Under the pieces are notes generated by a model. The model searched no databases, was not told where the DNA came from, and worked only from the letters and a program-made list of their open reading frames with translations. This document shows positions 44,322-59,015 of a stretch of DNA of 64,000 nucleotides, piece after piece. The translations under genes and the position numbers were made by a program. This DNA comes from Octopus bimaculoides (lineage: Eukaryota), in contig NC_068990.1 of the NCBI RefSeq assembly GCF_001194135.2, positions 87,185,875 to 87,249,874 of the forward strand, read 5' to 3'. Within the stretch, counting starts at the first letter, position 1. The number at the start of each line of letters is the position of its first letter.

Positions 44322-45389
44322 GTCTAGAAAGTCCCCGAAGAGTACACAGTTCGCAGCTCGGTTTTGGTTCTTTAATGAGGAGTGCCCTTGAGAAAGGCAT
44401 AAATGTCACAGGATGTCAGTTCTGGTTCTCTCGAGCATATGTGGCCTTGTGCCAAAGTATGAAACCATTTAAATAGCATGACCCTTCCTTTCTTCTATCA
44501 GTGAACTGTGTCTTTACATAGATCCTGATTTGGCATTTCCAGAGTTCAGTATCTAAGTCGTACACACAGGTGACAGGATACGATGCACTGTCCCTTCCGC
44601 TTAGGCGCCCCACCACACCATTACCATTAGCAATGCATCCAATATATCAAATTTAATCCACAAGCTACATTTTTTTCCTTTTCTCTGTCTTTCTTTTTCA
44701 CTTTATCATTTGTTTGCCAATCTCTCTCTCTTTAATTAGCTTGCTTATGACTTTCCAATGTACTTCACACTGTGATAAATTAAACTGGACTATTTGTCTA
44801 ACTAGCTATCTTTACATATCAGGCTTACAGCTAGTTAAGTACGTAACTAACTTTCTTTCAACTCAATTTACGCCGTCCTTCTCTCTCTCTCTCTCTCTCA
44901 TTACTTCGATCTGTTTTCTCATCAAAGATCAATGAACTGTATTTCACTATTCTCATCTCCCGACTGTTTCCTTTTGATTTGAACGAATCCAATAATTGCA
45001 AATATTGCTTGAACAAACAGTCCTTATAGCCATATCTAGTGTGTGCGTTTTTTTTTTTTTGGTTAAAATATTATGTTAGATTGTTTTCCTGGAATAAATA
45101 AAGGATTAAAAATTATTACTCATATTTATTTTCCCAAAGTGATTTATTTCTTAAACCAGATGACCTCATAGGTCGTTAATTATTATTTTAATGAATTGCT
45201 CTTCTTCCCACCCACCCTGTCTACTAATTTTGATATTTGGGTTATGAGTTCATGGTAATAGAATAAAAATGGAAAGAAAATAAACTGAGGTCTTCAGAGT
45301 GGAGATTTCATTAATTTATAAGTTCACATTGATCACATCACGCGCGTAGTGATATGATACTAAACTGTGACGATGAAGTAGTTCGTTTA

Positions 45390-46452
45390 GCGAGAAGTGG
45401 CCAGAAGACAGAGAGATAAGAATAAGTGATAAAAAAAAGGAAACATGAGTGAAAGAGTAAAAAGAAAGAGGAGAGCTGAATAGAGAAAGAGAAGGAAAGA
45501 GAATGAAAATAAAGTAGAAAAGCAAGTAGTTGAAAATAGTTGGGAGAAAGACTGAATGAATATGAAATGGAGTTAACGACGAAAAGAGAAATGTGACTTC
45601 AGAGAGAGAGAGAGGAACAAAATGAAATATACAAAAGACAGACAGTACTTGAGTGTAACTCAGGCACTCTACCACTCTTGTTTTAGAGAGTGGTAGAATA
45701 GAAAGGAGATGGAGTTAGGTTGATGAAAAGAAACATAGATAGATATAAGTAAAGTGACTCGAAAGAGAAGTATATATATACAGAGAGAGAGGGGGGGATA
45801 TGAGGTCGAGCAGAAATATATAGTGTGACTTTGAAAGAGAGGCAATGTACAATGAGTGAATCATAAATGTATAGAGATTGAGAGAGAAAGACAGTGAGGG
45901 TATGAGGTGGAGAGATAGAAAGAAAGAGAGATACAGTGAGAAAACAGTGGAAAGGAGAGAAAGAGTGAGAGTATGAGGCTATACAGAGAGGTAGAAAAGA
46001 GGAGATATAGAACGAGAGAGAAAAAGTGAGTTTGAGGTAGAGCAGAGCGGAGCTCAGTAATAGAGGGTGAGAGTATGAGATAAAGTAGAGAGTGAGAACG
46101 AAGGAGATATAGAAAGATAGAGAGAAAGTCAAGATGAGAGTGATAGTATGAGATGTAATATAGAGGTAGAGAGTGAGAGTATGACGTATAGCAGAGAGTA
46201 AGTAAGAAGAAGATATAGAAAGAAAGAGAGAGCCAAGTGAGAGGGAAAATAGAAAGGTAGAAAGAAGGAGATATAGAAAGATAGAGAGAAAGTCAAGATG
46301 AGAGTGATAGTATGAGATGGCATATAGAGATAGAGAGTGAGAGTATGACGTATAGTAGAGAGTAAGTAAGAAAGAGATATAGAAAGAAAGAGAGAGCTAA
46401 GTGAGAGGGAAAATAGAAAGGTAGAAAGAAGGAGATATAGAAAGATAGAGAG
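45390..46452 (+). repeat. Purine-rich (GA) tract containing a 164-bp direct duplication (46101-46264 / 46265-46428)
   Basis: AGTCAAGATGAGAG at 46127 and 46291. Confidence 0.85.
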
Positions 46453-49400
46453 AGAGGAGCTACTACTGCGTAGAGACGAGGCTTTACGACCATCACCCGT
46501 TCTTCGCTAGGTTTGTATGGGGCTTTTTACTTGTGTCTTTAACAGGCTTATTCCCTTCTATCTGTGTGTGTGCTGCCGCCGCCATCGGGACATTTTTTAC
46601 CACCAGTGATAATTAAAATACGAGGTCGAAGTCGAGTGAAAGACCATCGAAATACTGTCGACACACAGGGACCGTTTAAACCACTTCTATAGAGACAGTT
46701 AAGATAACAAAATACACAAAAAGCTGAAGGTAAGGAGCCACATATATAGGATGGCGGCCGTTGTTTGTATGAACATCAATATATATACACATATATATAT
46801 TGTATATATGTATATATATGTATAAGCTACTTACTATGTATTAAGGGAACGTTATTCTGTCCTCTATCTGTCTTTCTATCTATATATATATATACGACAA
46901 ATGTATGTATGTAGATATTGTGTATATTTTAATATGTATATGTATTTATGTGTGTGATACAGGGGGGAGGATGTTTTAAATGTGTATGAAAAGCTAGCGA
47001 AAGGGTGTCTATCTATGTACCTATCTATCTATCTATAAATAGTCGTCAAAGAAGGGCGTGTTTGCATTGTATGTATGTATATATATGTATATAGATATAT
47101 AGTGTAGATAATGTGTGTGTATATAATACATGGATGAGTTCCCTGTGTATAATTATGATCTGGCGGAAGAGTAGGTTAAGACAAGAGGAGGGGAGTCGTT
47201 TTATTATTTTTTTTTCTTTCCCCATCTGACACAATTCATTTGTCCACTCGTTGATTTAATAATTTACACACATCTGAGTGAGTGTGTATACACACATTTA
47301 AATATCTATATCTGATTGTGTGTATATATATATATTTGTATATATGTATGTATATTCCTCCCCTTGAGACTGCTGCTGTACTCGTACTTGGTTTATACTA
47401 TCACTCTCTTTCTCTCTAACCTGCCCCTCTCTTTCTCTTGTCTATTCTCTCTCTTTCTCTTTATCCTACCCCTCTCTTTCTCTCTAGCTTACTTCTCCTG
47501 TCTTTCTCTTTATCCTATATTTTTTTAACTCTTTCTTCGTCACTGTGATATACACACACTCCGTCTCTCTTTCACAGCATTCCCAATCTCACCCCCTCAG
47601 CTTGCCACATAAACCAGACCCCCTACAAAATTTCAGCCAACAACACTATATAATTGTCATTAATAATTATTATAAATATGTCGATAACACACACATATAT
47701 ATATATTTATATGTATATATATTTAGCTCTTCCCACCTCCGTGCAGCATCAACAAGAAACAGCCTACCACTGCCATCCATCCAAAATGTCTATATTTCCT
47801 GTTCGAACCGTCTCCTCTCTCTCCCCATTGCTAATTTCAACTAGAGACTTCACTATAACATTTATCTTTCTTTGTGGCCATTTTGTGTGTAGTATGTATG
47901 TAGAATATTGTGTATATGTCATGTCAATCACTCGCCTTCTACCATCAGTCTGAAACCACATATATATATATGAATGTATATATATATACGTATATATTGA
48001 ACCTTCTTCAAATATCTTAATTCGATTCATTCAATCTGCCTTTTGACTGTCTTGAGTCTTCTTTTGTGTTAGACAGTGAGAAAGTGTTTCTATTTAAAAG
48101 GTTTGTGCGTGTATACATATATATATATATTATCGTGTTAAATAGAGTTTCTACATGGTAATCTCATTCTGTCAATTGTCCTCATAAACTCTGTCCCGTG
48201 TCTATGTATGTATTGTGTATCTCATTAGGACATTCTCTATGTACGTAACAAATAAAACATCGGTTATTGATGAGCGATTGCCTGTTATACACATGTGTGA
48301 TTTATAGATATGCCAGTAATTCTGTATGTGGATGTGTGTATTTATTTATTTATTCGCCACCAGAGTAAGTTCAAATCAGAATGCCTATAGTGGTGCGTGC
48401 GTGTGTTTGTTTGTCTGTCCTTCATTTTAAATTGACTTGAGCTGTTCAGTGTCCTCAAATTGTCCACATCCACTCTCACCCCTACTCTCTAGTTGGTCAA
48501 ATTAGCACTTGATAAATGACCTTATTATATCTGCTGTCTATACGAGCCAAACACACACATAGAATATGCACACACAGTCACATATATTATGTAATATAGA
48601 CGTGTGTATTGCTATATAATTAAATGTATGGAAGAACGAGATGAACACATGAACGTCGATAGTACATTTCAGTGTGTGGTCTCTCTTCTTCTTCTTCCCC
48701 CCCTTCTCTCTCCTATTAGCACTTTGATGTGCACATACATAAACGTTTGCATCACAGCTGCCACCTTGCAGCTATGATGCACCTTCATCTTAGAAAACAT
48801 GAATTGTGTGTGTGTGTGTGTGTATAACCTGTAGCTTTGAGTCGTCTTCCAGTCTCTTTCTCTCTCACTCTCTCTCCCTTCGCCCATGACATGTCGAATT
48901 TGCTCAAACATCCTCTCACTCTCTCTCTCTGCGCCCACCACCGTTCTGTCTTCAGCCGATTCTCGTGATTACTCAGGGAGTTGGAAATACGTATACATAT
49001 GTTGGGGGAAAAAAAGGGCCATATTTACACTTATTCCTTTCTCTTGTTAACTGCACACACACATGCACAATAGGCCTACTTTTTTATGTTCTGTGGCATG
49101 GTGTCCTCCTGCTCTGCTTTTGCGACACAGGACATTATTACACACCCACCAACTACCTTGTTAATGGCCCAAATTCTGGTCTTGCTCCTTTCATTTAGAT
49201 GCTCACACACACACATACAATCCACATTTTCACATTAAATCGAACCAAAGCAAGATGCTACGTTGCTGAGGCATGGTCGGAGGAATAAACTAAATTAAAA
49301 GAAAGACCCCGTTTTTAGTGATGCTATAGTAATGGTGATGATTCCCCAGAGCTTGTGCCCCACGCTCTTAACTGATTCGATGCTGCATTTTTAAAATTTT

Positions 49401-50049
49401 CTTGATGATTAAAAAAAATTTTTTTTTCTTTAAACATATGATGGCGTTATATACATATTTCTTGATCCGCCACTTCCCCTGCTATGTCTGTATGTCTTGG
49501 GGTGGGGCGACTGGGGTAATTAGTAAGGAATGAGGGGTAGGGGAGTTAGTCCTCCCTCTCCGCCCTTTCATCATATGATTATTATTATTATTACAATGAT
49601 GATGGTTTATATTTTTTTCTCCACCAGCGAGACAACACCCCTCTTTATGCTTCCATACTTCCTCTTCCTTTCCTCACTCTAAATTCTTTCTAGGTCGGCA
49701 GGTGCAGTTACACACACACACACACAGTTATATATTATGGTGTAGACAACTTGGTATAGTCACACCACCAACACTTAAAAAAAAAAAGCTCCACTCCATT
49801 TAGACACAAACCTGTTTTTTTTTTTTTTTTTTTTCCTCTTTCGTTTTAATTTCTGCTGTTTACATATATTTGTTTTTTTTTNNNNNNNNNNNNNNNNNNN
49901 NNNNNNNNNNNNNNNNNNNNNNNNNNNNNNNNNNNNNNNNNNNNNNNNNNNNNNNNNNNNNNNNNNNNNNNNNNNNNNNNNNNNNNNNNNNNNNNNNNNN
50001 NNNNNNNNNNNNNNNNNNNNNNNNNNNNNNNNNNNNNNNNNNNNNNNNN

Positions 50050-50099
<50 letters not shown>

Positions 50100-52084
50100 C
50101 ATATATAATATATAATAAACACATACGTATGCCTATGTGTTCGTCTCTGAGATATGATCTTATTTCGTCTAAACTTGAGGTATATTTCCACGAAGTATTT
50201 TAGAAATAAATGGTATTATAATGTATTTGATTATATATCGGGTGTTGTGTACTTTTTGTAATATATTTAATCATAATTTTTGTATGGTGGTTATCTCGCA
50301 TCATGTCGACCTTGGTCAAGCAGATATTTGACCAAAATACATTCTACTAATGACTTTCGTTATATATATATAGCGTAATCTGACATATTATCTACTGCAG
50401 TCATAATTATCATTTTTAAGACAGCAAGATATGATATAAATTAAAAGGAACTTAGCTGATATTTCTAGCAGGTCAAATTACTACGTAAAGACTTTCTTGT
50501 TTGGATGTGTATATGTTTATATGTATGTACTTTTGTGTGCATGCGAGATCAACATGTGGCATTATGTGGTTCTCCACGTCTGTGTATTCTTTAAGGTGGA
50601 TTATTATATCTTCATTAATGTGGTATCTGCTACATGTGTGAATAGTGAATGCATCAAGTCTTTATAACCCGTGTGTACAGATTCACATATTTACTTTGTG
50701 TGTAATGTATGTATATATGTGTAGTGTATATCTAAATATATATATATAGCCACTCTTTTCTTTAATGCACAAACACGTGTATTTATAAGAATTTCTCTTA
50801 GTGCTTATGTATTTAGATATAATAATGTTTGTGTGTGACTAATATATTCATGTCATTATAGACAGATTTGTGTGTGTGGAGTCGTGTATCGACAAATGTC
50901 TAATATATGCATGTGATTATCAATAGTCTGGCTGTGTATGTGTGTGTGTTAATAATGTAATGTATTTATAAGCCTGTATGTAATGTGTGTGACATGTATC
51001 TATCGACAGGGTGTGTGTGTGTACGTAACCAGTTGTGCTGTTCAGCTTGCAGTGAAGTTAGTAGCCATATTGTATGTAATGTTTACTGCAACATTCTCTC
51101 TCTTTCTCTCCAGCTGGGACCTCCTTCTCCGTCTCAGCCGCCACCATCAACTCTCTTCTCATATTTCCCCACCCTGATTTAGTTTTTTAATTATTTTTGT
51201 CTCCTATATACACACGCACGCAACACTTATATTACTTACTGGACATATTTGTTATGTAGATTGTACTTAACCGTGATATATATTTATGTTGTATAAAATG
51301 AAATGGCTGTGTTTATAGATTTCTATAAATCTTGCTATGTGGAATATGTGTATACAATGCGTATACACATGCCATGTTATACATATATATATATATGAGG
51401 AAAATACAGATGTGGTATATAACGCTTGTTTCATATGTATTGGTCTGTCTTTGGAGAGTCATTATGCCAATATTAAATAACACGCACTGGTTCAATTTCT
51501 CCCCTTAATTCTTAGCCAGTTGGTTATCTATCCAAATTTGTTTCAACACACAAATTCACTTAAAGAATCATGCAAACCAAATATAAAAGCGAAGTCCATA
51601 CAGTGTGTGTGTGTATGTATGTGTATATATAAGATGTATGTATGGGGTTAATCTATATAGTATCGCGATGGTGTGTGATCTGCTGTTTAAAATGTATATG
51701 AAATATATAATGTAATATGTGTGATTTCAGTGAACGTTCGTGAAATGTGATATATAAATAACTCAACGTGGTGTAATGGTGGAATGTATGCGTTACGTGA
51801 AATGTATGTTGTGTTGTGTATGTTCTGTTGCTTTGAAAACAGGTTGTCGATATTTTGTGAGATAAAATTCTTCATTTTGTCAATTTATGTATATTAGCAA
51901 GAACTTCGCTGTATAATTTTTGTCGATGCATACGAAGTATGGAGCTCTGCTATATTAACATATAGAACAAGCAAAAAACCAAAATATAACCATCGTCTCC
52001 AAATTGTACTCTGGGTTGAGTAATATGGCGGTGGTAGTAATTACAGTAGCCTAGCACATTTATACAGTTTGAAGGAGTTGATGG

Positions 52085-52449
52085 AACAACCTTAGCTTAT
52101 TTAAACGGCTTTAGGGGTGGTAGCAGAATCGTAGCTTATTCACACGGTTTCAAACGGGGGTTAGTGGCAGAATCCTGGTTTACACTGTTTTAGAGGCTGG
52201 TGGTAGAGCCCTAGTTTATTTACACGGTTTTAGAGGCTGTTGGCAGAACCCTAGTTTATTTACACGGTTTTAGAGGCTGGTGGCAGAATCCTAGTTTATT
52301 TACACGGTTTTAGAGGCTGGTGGCAGAATCCTAGTTTATTTACACGGTTTTAGAGGCTGGTGACAGAATCCTGGTTTATTTACACGGTTTTAGAGGCTGA
52401 TGGCAGAATCCTGGTTTATTTACACGGTTTTGGAGGCTGGTGGTAGAAC
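52085..52449. repeat. 40-bp minisatellite GGTGGCAGAATCCTAGTTTATTTACACGGTTTTAGAGGCT, at least 8 units, running into a gap
   Basis: Direct reading of the sequence. Confidence 0.92.
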
Positions 52450-54235
52450 NNNNNNNNNNNNNNNNNNNNNNNNNNNNNNNNNNNNNNNNNNNNNNNNNNN
52501 NNNNNNNNNNNNNNNNNNNNNNNNNNNNNNNNNNNNNNNNNNNNNNNNNNNNNNNNNNNNNNNNNNNNNNNNNNNNNNNNNNNNNNNNNNNNNNNNNNNN
52601 NNNNNNNNNNNNNNNNNNNNNNNNNNNNNNNNNNNNNNNNNNNNNNNNNNNNNNNNNNNNNNNNNNNNNNNNNNNNNNNNNNNNNNNNNNNNNNNNNNNN
52701 NNNNNNNNNNNNNNNNNNNNNNNNNNNNNNNNNNNNNNNNNNNNNNNNNNNNNNNNNNNNNNNNNNNNNNNNNNNNNNNNNNNNNNNNNNNNNNNNNNNN
52801 NNNNNNNNNNNNNNNNNNNNNNNNNNNNNNNNNNNNNNNNNNNNNNNNNNNNNNNNNNNNNNNNNNNNNNNNNNNNNNNNNNNNNNNNNNNNNNNNNNNN
52901 NNNNNNNNNNNNNNNNNNNNNNNNNNNNNNNNNNNNNNNNNNNNNNNNNNNNNNNNNNNNNNNNNNNNNNNNNNNNNNNNNNNNNNNNNNNNNNNNNNNN
53001 NNNNNNNNNNNNNNNNNNNNNNNNNNNNNNNNNNNNNNNNNNNNNNNNNNNNNNNNNNNNNNNNNNNNNNNNNNNNNNNNNNNNNNNNNNNNNNNNNNNN
53101 NNNNNNNNNNNNNNNNNNNNNNNNNNNNNNNNNNNNNNNNNNNNNNNNNNNNNNNNNNNNNNNNNNNNNNNNNNNNNNNNNNNNNNNNNNNNNNNNNNNN
53201 NNNNNNNNNNNNNTTTATTACAATATTCCTTCCATTATTGCTTGTTGCTTCTTACCCTCTCCCTATCGATCAATCTCTGTATCTACATAGCTGTTACTTC
53301 CCTCCCTATCAACATGCTTCACTGTTCTTGTTCACCATCTTATCTAGATTATTCCATTCGCCAAAAAAGAAGAAAAAGAAATAAAAAAGCCTGACACTAG
53401 CGACAAAAGTTCAGCTTGTCGTTCCTGACAAGATCGCCTCCCTTGTCTTCTTCCCCTCCCATTTCTCCGTGTTCTTCTTTCATAGCTTCGTGATCGAATC
53501 TCACAAAAGGTGGGTGTGGTGGGGGGAAAAGATGGTATTTGTTGAAAACAGGTTTACACTCACACTCACTCACACACACACACGTCTTTTTTTACGCAGG
53601 ACATAAATACGTCGAATTTATTCGATATCGCCAGAGTTTGTATTCATACTTCCTCAAGAATGGCGTGATTTGGGTGTGTGTGTGTGTGTACTTGTCATCG
53701 TGGTTGGAATGTCTCATACTCGTATATCACTCGGACTATCGTTAACAGGGTAACGGGGAGTGTTGTTTTTGTAATGGTGGACTGTAGGTCCAACTTGAGC
53801 ACGAGTACATTCTTTTATTCTATGACGTTGTCTCACTCTCTCTTGTCGCACACTCATCCCTTTCGGTTCCAGCACTCGTACCACCATCGCTGGAACCGCA
53901 GCGATGGCTGCTCGTCAGTCAGCCCACCCCTTTCTTGTATCATCCAGCACGTGAGCTGCACTTGTCATTCCAGTCAAACTGTCAACAACACGAAAATAGC
54001 TAAACTACAGGAAGAAGGGTGAGGGGGTATATTCTCTCCCATTAACCCTCTTGTTGCTTGTGGTGGGTGTTGTGACACTGGTTTGATATAAGCGACTGTA
54101 CTCCTCCAAAATGTTTCGCCTTATCCGCGAGTTGAAATCGTTATTCTCTCTTGCATTCATTGTACCATTCCCGCTGGAGGTTGATTTAATTAACTCACTC
54201 CAAACGTATATAGATATGTGTATTTATTTCTTTAT

Positions 54236-54429
54236 TGCCAACGGAGTTAAAATGGAGGGGACAAACAAGGACGGACAAAGAGATTAAGTCGATTCAACTG
54301 GTACTTATTTAATCGACTTCAAAAGGCAAAGTCGACCACGGCGGAATTTGAACTCAGAAAGTAACGGCAGACGAAATACCGCTAAGCATTTCGATCGGCG
54401 TGTTAACGATTCTGCCAGCTCGCCGCCCT
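54236..54429 (-). mobile_element. SINE family A
   Basis: Reverse complement of GGCGGCGAGCTGGCAGAATCGTTAAC...GAGTTCAAATTCC. Confidence 0.8.
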
Positions 54430-55075
54430 AATAGATATGTATATATGGTAAATCATAGGTCCGAAAGAGAAGCACACTCCAAGTTATAGAGCAGTGGAGT
54501 ATATAGATAGATATGGCCGGTGGGGCTACTCTGGGTTTCATAGCCATCGTTTCTTCAAACCCTGAAACCCGTTGGCCTATGGAGGAGGAAAAGACTTTAT
54601 GGACGTGAAACCCAGGGTAACTTCATAGACCGGAATGAATGTCTGTTAACAATGGTTGGTGTTGTTTACGTTCAGCGTTCAAATCTTTTCGGGAACAAGT
54701 ATTGAGGGTGTGTTTAATCGACTGCAAAATTTGTGGCCTGTGTCGTCAGATTATACGCCATCGAAGATTGGCTTTTGCAGTCTTTTTGATCCCCCTCACA
54801 ACGACACAGGTAAAAATAATAGGAATTGCCTTTTATATTGCTTGTATAAAGTTTTGCGAATTAAAGATTTCAAACATTTTAACAAAACAATCGAGAAATT
54901 GAGCCAAAGCTTCAACCCTGTGGAAGAGCAAACCTGTGACTGCCATTCTTAGCAGGCTGAATGACCCCATAGAAGCTTTCGGTAACTCAATATTATTGTG
55001 ATGTGACGAATCTTGTAATATTGCATTATATTGTTTTCCTTTGTGTATGTATGTGTACACGCGCGCCCGTATGTA

Positions 55076-55136
<61 letters not shown>

Positions 55137-56914
55137 NNNNNNNNNNNNNNNNNNNNNNNNNNNNNNNNNNNNNNNNNNNNNNNNNNNNNNNNNNNNNNNN
55201 NNNNNNNNNNNNNNNNNNNNNNNNNNNNNNNNNNNNNNNNNNNNNNNNNNNNNNNNNNNNNNNNNNNNNNNNNNNNNNNNNNNNNNNNNNNNNNNNNNNN
55301 NNNNNNNNNNNNNNNNNNNNNNNNNNNNNNNNNNNNNNNNNNNNNNNNNNNNNNNNNNNNNNNNNNNNNNNNNNNNNNNNNNNNNNNNNNNNNNNNNNNN
55401 NNNNNNNNNNNNNNNNNNNNNNNNNNNNNNNNNNNNNNNNNNNNNNNNNNNNNNNNNNNNNNNNNNNNNNNNNNNNNNNNNNNNNNNNNNNNNNNNNNNN
55501 NNNNNNNNNNNNNNNNNNNNNNNNNNNNNNNNNNNNNNNNNNNNNNNNNNNNNNNNNNNNNNNNNNNNNNNNNNNNNNNNNNNNNNNNNNNNNNNNNNNN
55601 NNNNNNNNNNNNNNNNNNNNNNNNNNNNNNNNNNNNNNNNNNNNNNNNNNNNNNNNNNNNNNNNNNNNNNNNNNNNNNNNNNNNNNNNNNNNNNNNNNNN
55701 NNNNNNNNNNNNNNNNNNNNNNNNNNNNNNNNNNNNNNNNNNNNNNNNNNNNNNNNNNNNNNNNNNNNNNNNNNNNNNNNNNNNNNNNNNNNNNNNNNNN
55801 NNNNNNNNNNNNNNNNNNNNNNNNNNNNNNNNNNNNNNNNNNNNNNNNNNNNNNNNNNNNNNNNNNNNNNNNNNNNNNNNNNNNNNNNNNNNNNNNNNNN
55901 NNNNNNNNNNNNNNNNNNNNNNNNNNNNNNNNNNNNNNNNNNNNNNNNNNNNNNNNNNNNNNNNNNNNNNNNNNNNNNNNNNNNNNNNNNNNNNNNNNNN
56001 NNNNNNNAAAATAAAAAAAACGAGAACATGACAACAGAGATGCTTCCACAATGGATGCAACACTTAACCCTCTCCAAAATTTTACAGCAATTCTTTAAGA
56101 AAATGAGTTACCAAAGACATGTATTTGAAAATAAAAATTCATACCTTTTTACGCACAAAATGGCTAACATTTTAATAGTTTTCCTGCTGAGGTCAACCCC
56201 AACCTCCACCAACAACAACAAAAAAAAGAAAGAAAGAAAAAAGTAAAGGTCACCGAACATAGACTACCTTTTGGTAATAGAATAATATGGGAGTGATAGA
56301 CAAGGACGAAGGCCCACTTTCGCCTGGGGAATACCTTTGTGTATAGAGGTATGGAGGAAGGTTGCATAACTCTGTTCTGCCTGAAACAGCGTGACCTTCC
56401 ATATATATACCTACGAAATAATTGACTGATTGGTGAAATGAAGATGTTACCATTGACTGGAGCAGGTCATTTGAGTGTGACTGGTCTTTCCGATAGAAGA
56501 GGTGAAGTGACAGGCTGAAATTGGTGCACCAGTCAGTTTACAGGTCGGTTCTGCAGTATATGAGGTGATTGAATATAAAGATCTCAGTTAGAGGCATTAA
56601 TAATGATTCTGACTCCTCACTTGTCACCTTTCCAGGATGGGTCGACAGTGAACACAAACGATCGTCTGGTGTCTGTTGTACAGACTTTACAAATACTAAT
56701 GATCCCAAACACCACAAATGCATTGTAGAACTCTACCTAATAGTGAGTCAGTATATTGTTTGAAATTCTCAGACATGAGAAACAGATGACAATGATATTG
56801 TGTAATGTCTTTCTTCCTCTCTTCAGTTTGACAATTTCTTTTCTTTGTCCCCATTTATTATTACACCGTTATTGTATGAATGACTCAGCCCTGATGGAAA
56901 ATAAAATATTTGTT

Positions 56915-57285
56915 AGGCATGGTTGTGTGGCAAGAAGTTTACTTCCCAACCACATGGTTTCAGGTTTAGTCTCGTCTTGGGGGAAAATATCTTCTATAGT
57001 AGCCTGCAGTTGACCAGAGCCTTGTGAGTGGATTTGGTAGACAGAAACTGAATGAGGCCCATCAGGTGTATATGTGCATCTTTGTATCTGTCCCCCCCCT
57101 CAACTACTTGACAATTGGTGTTGGTTTTGTTTACATCCCTGTAACTCAGTAGTTTGACAAAAGAGACCAGTAAGTACAAGTACCAGGCTTTAAGATATAA
57201 ATCCTGGAGTTGATTTGTTTGACTAAAATTCTTCCTTGTAGTACTCTGGCATGGCTGCAGTCCAATAACTGGAATAAGTTAAAGA
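56915..57285 (+). mobile_element. Diverged SINE family B; older copies also at 58640-58800 and 60660-60800
   Basis: CCCAACCACATGG...GTGAGTGGATTTGGTAGACAGAAACTG...GGCATGGCTGCAGTC. Confidence 0.7.
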
Positions 57286-59015
57286 TTTGGAGCAACAATG
57301 GTAGAATACCAGATTCAGTTTATTACAGTATTTAGATCTATCACTTTTCTTAGTCTGATTTAAGATCTCACCGGAGCAAACTTCATCCTTCTTTTTCCTT
57401 GGATAAGAAAAGTAAGTGTGGGTCAGCTTCTCCGGAGATTTTTATTAACTGTACTCCATACTTTGTGTTGTATTCTGCATCTAGTGTTTTAGTTCATGTC
57501 TACCCCGAATAAGCAGAGCTGTAATCCAAAGCTTCAAAAGTTTACCAGATATGGCCCTTTCGACTTTTTCCTTTGTCTTTTCTAGACTACTTTATCTGCT
57601 GTGTCCTTCCATTTTTAAAGATAGTTGGTCTGTAAGTTAAGCAAGATTTGGTTCCTATTTCTATCAGGTTAAGGCTTCCACATTGGATCATTGTGTGCAT
57701 AATTGTTATTTCTGTAAGCATTGAATCTGTCCTGGTTCCATGTGAAAATAATTTGAATCTTCATGTTCTAGCGATTATATTGTACTTTTTGAATATGTCC
57801 TGCAGCTTGCTGTGTACAAAGACCAACAGAAGAAAAGAACTTAGTTGAAAACAAGGTATAGCATCGGGAAACCCACCTGGCCATAAAATACTGCTTCAAA
57901 AAGTCTTGTCCAACCCATCCTGATTTGAAAAAATGGATGTAAAACAGTATCAAAATATGGATATAAACCTTTTTCACTAATGAAGGATGTCAAGATCCAA
58001 TGAGAAATAAATACAAATTATACAAAGGATTCAAAAGTAAATAATTGTATTTATAACATTGTGCTTTCTCTGTTTTGACAGGTTTGTCAGAAACTAATAT
58101 AAATCTGTAGATACTGCATAAATCATTTTGAAGAAATTATTTGTTGAGGGCCTTCCAAACATTTGTTTCAGATTTAGATAGCAGTAAGGTTTAAGAAAAG
58201 TTAAGACATATGCCCTGTCCCAAAGTTAAAGCAAGGTATAATAACATTTAAAGAAGATAAAGCATAGTAGATACCTGCTGTGTCTCTTCACATATCAACA
58301 AAGAACAGAATATTGGGAGGGAACTAATGACATTCTTATTATTTACTGATCACTCAGCAAAGCTTCCTTTCAAGAAGCTACCTTGTGTTTATTCTTTATT
58401 ATGGCTGGTTGTTGAAACAGCTGCTCAAACATTCAAGTTGATCAGGGAATGATAGATCAGACATGTGACCTTGTCATTGGGAAAATAGGAGGGTGGCTAC
58501 TTGACTACAGTATGTATAAGTCAAGTTGTTGCCACGAACAGTACTCTTTTCCAAAGGAAGCAATAATTGTGAGTGAAATCTTTTAGGGAACTGTGCTGCC
58601 ATTGTCTTCATACATAAACATATGTGTATATATGGATAGGTGGCATGAGTGTTGCTGAGTGGTTAAGAAACTTTGTTCCCAACCATGTGGTCTTGGGTTC
58701 AATCCCACTGCTTGGGCTAGTATCTTTTAGTATAGTCCTGAGCTGAGCAAAGCCTTATAAGTGGAAGACAGAAACTGAAAGAAGCCTGTCATTGGATGTG
58801 TTTGTGTTTACGCTTGTCCAAACATCATGTAATGTTTGTAAACAAGTGTCATCATATAAGCATTGTTGTTTGTTTTCAGTATTCTGTGAAAAACCTGTTG
58901 AGCTATGGGGATTAGAAGTAGGTGAGGACTTGCATCAAGAAGGGCATCAGGGCATAGAAAATTTGCCTTAACCTCCATCTGATGCATAAAAAGTGGACAT
59001 CAAATGATCGTGATA

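Noticed and set aside
23040-52449. CRISPR-like reading of the 65-bp array (23040-23250) and the 40-bp array (52085-52449)
   Set aside because: Units are contiguous without unique spacers, there are no cas genes, and the context is eukaryotic.
57300-57830. Possible LINE ORF2 linker remnant on the minus strand (KWKDTADKVV..VWSTVNKISG)
   Set aside because: Needs many frameshifts and has no catalytic motif; too degraded to support.
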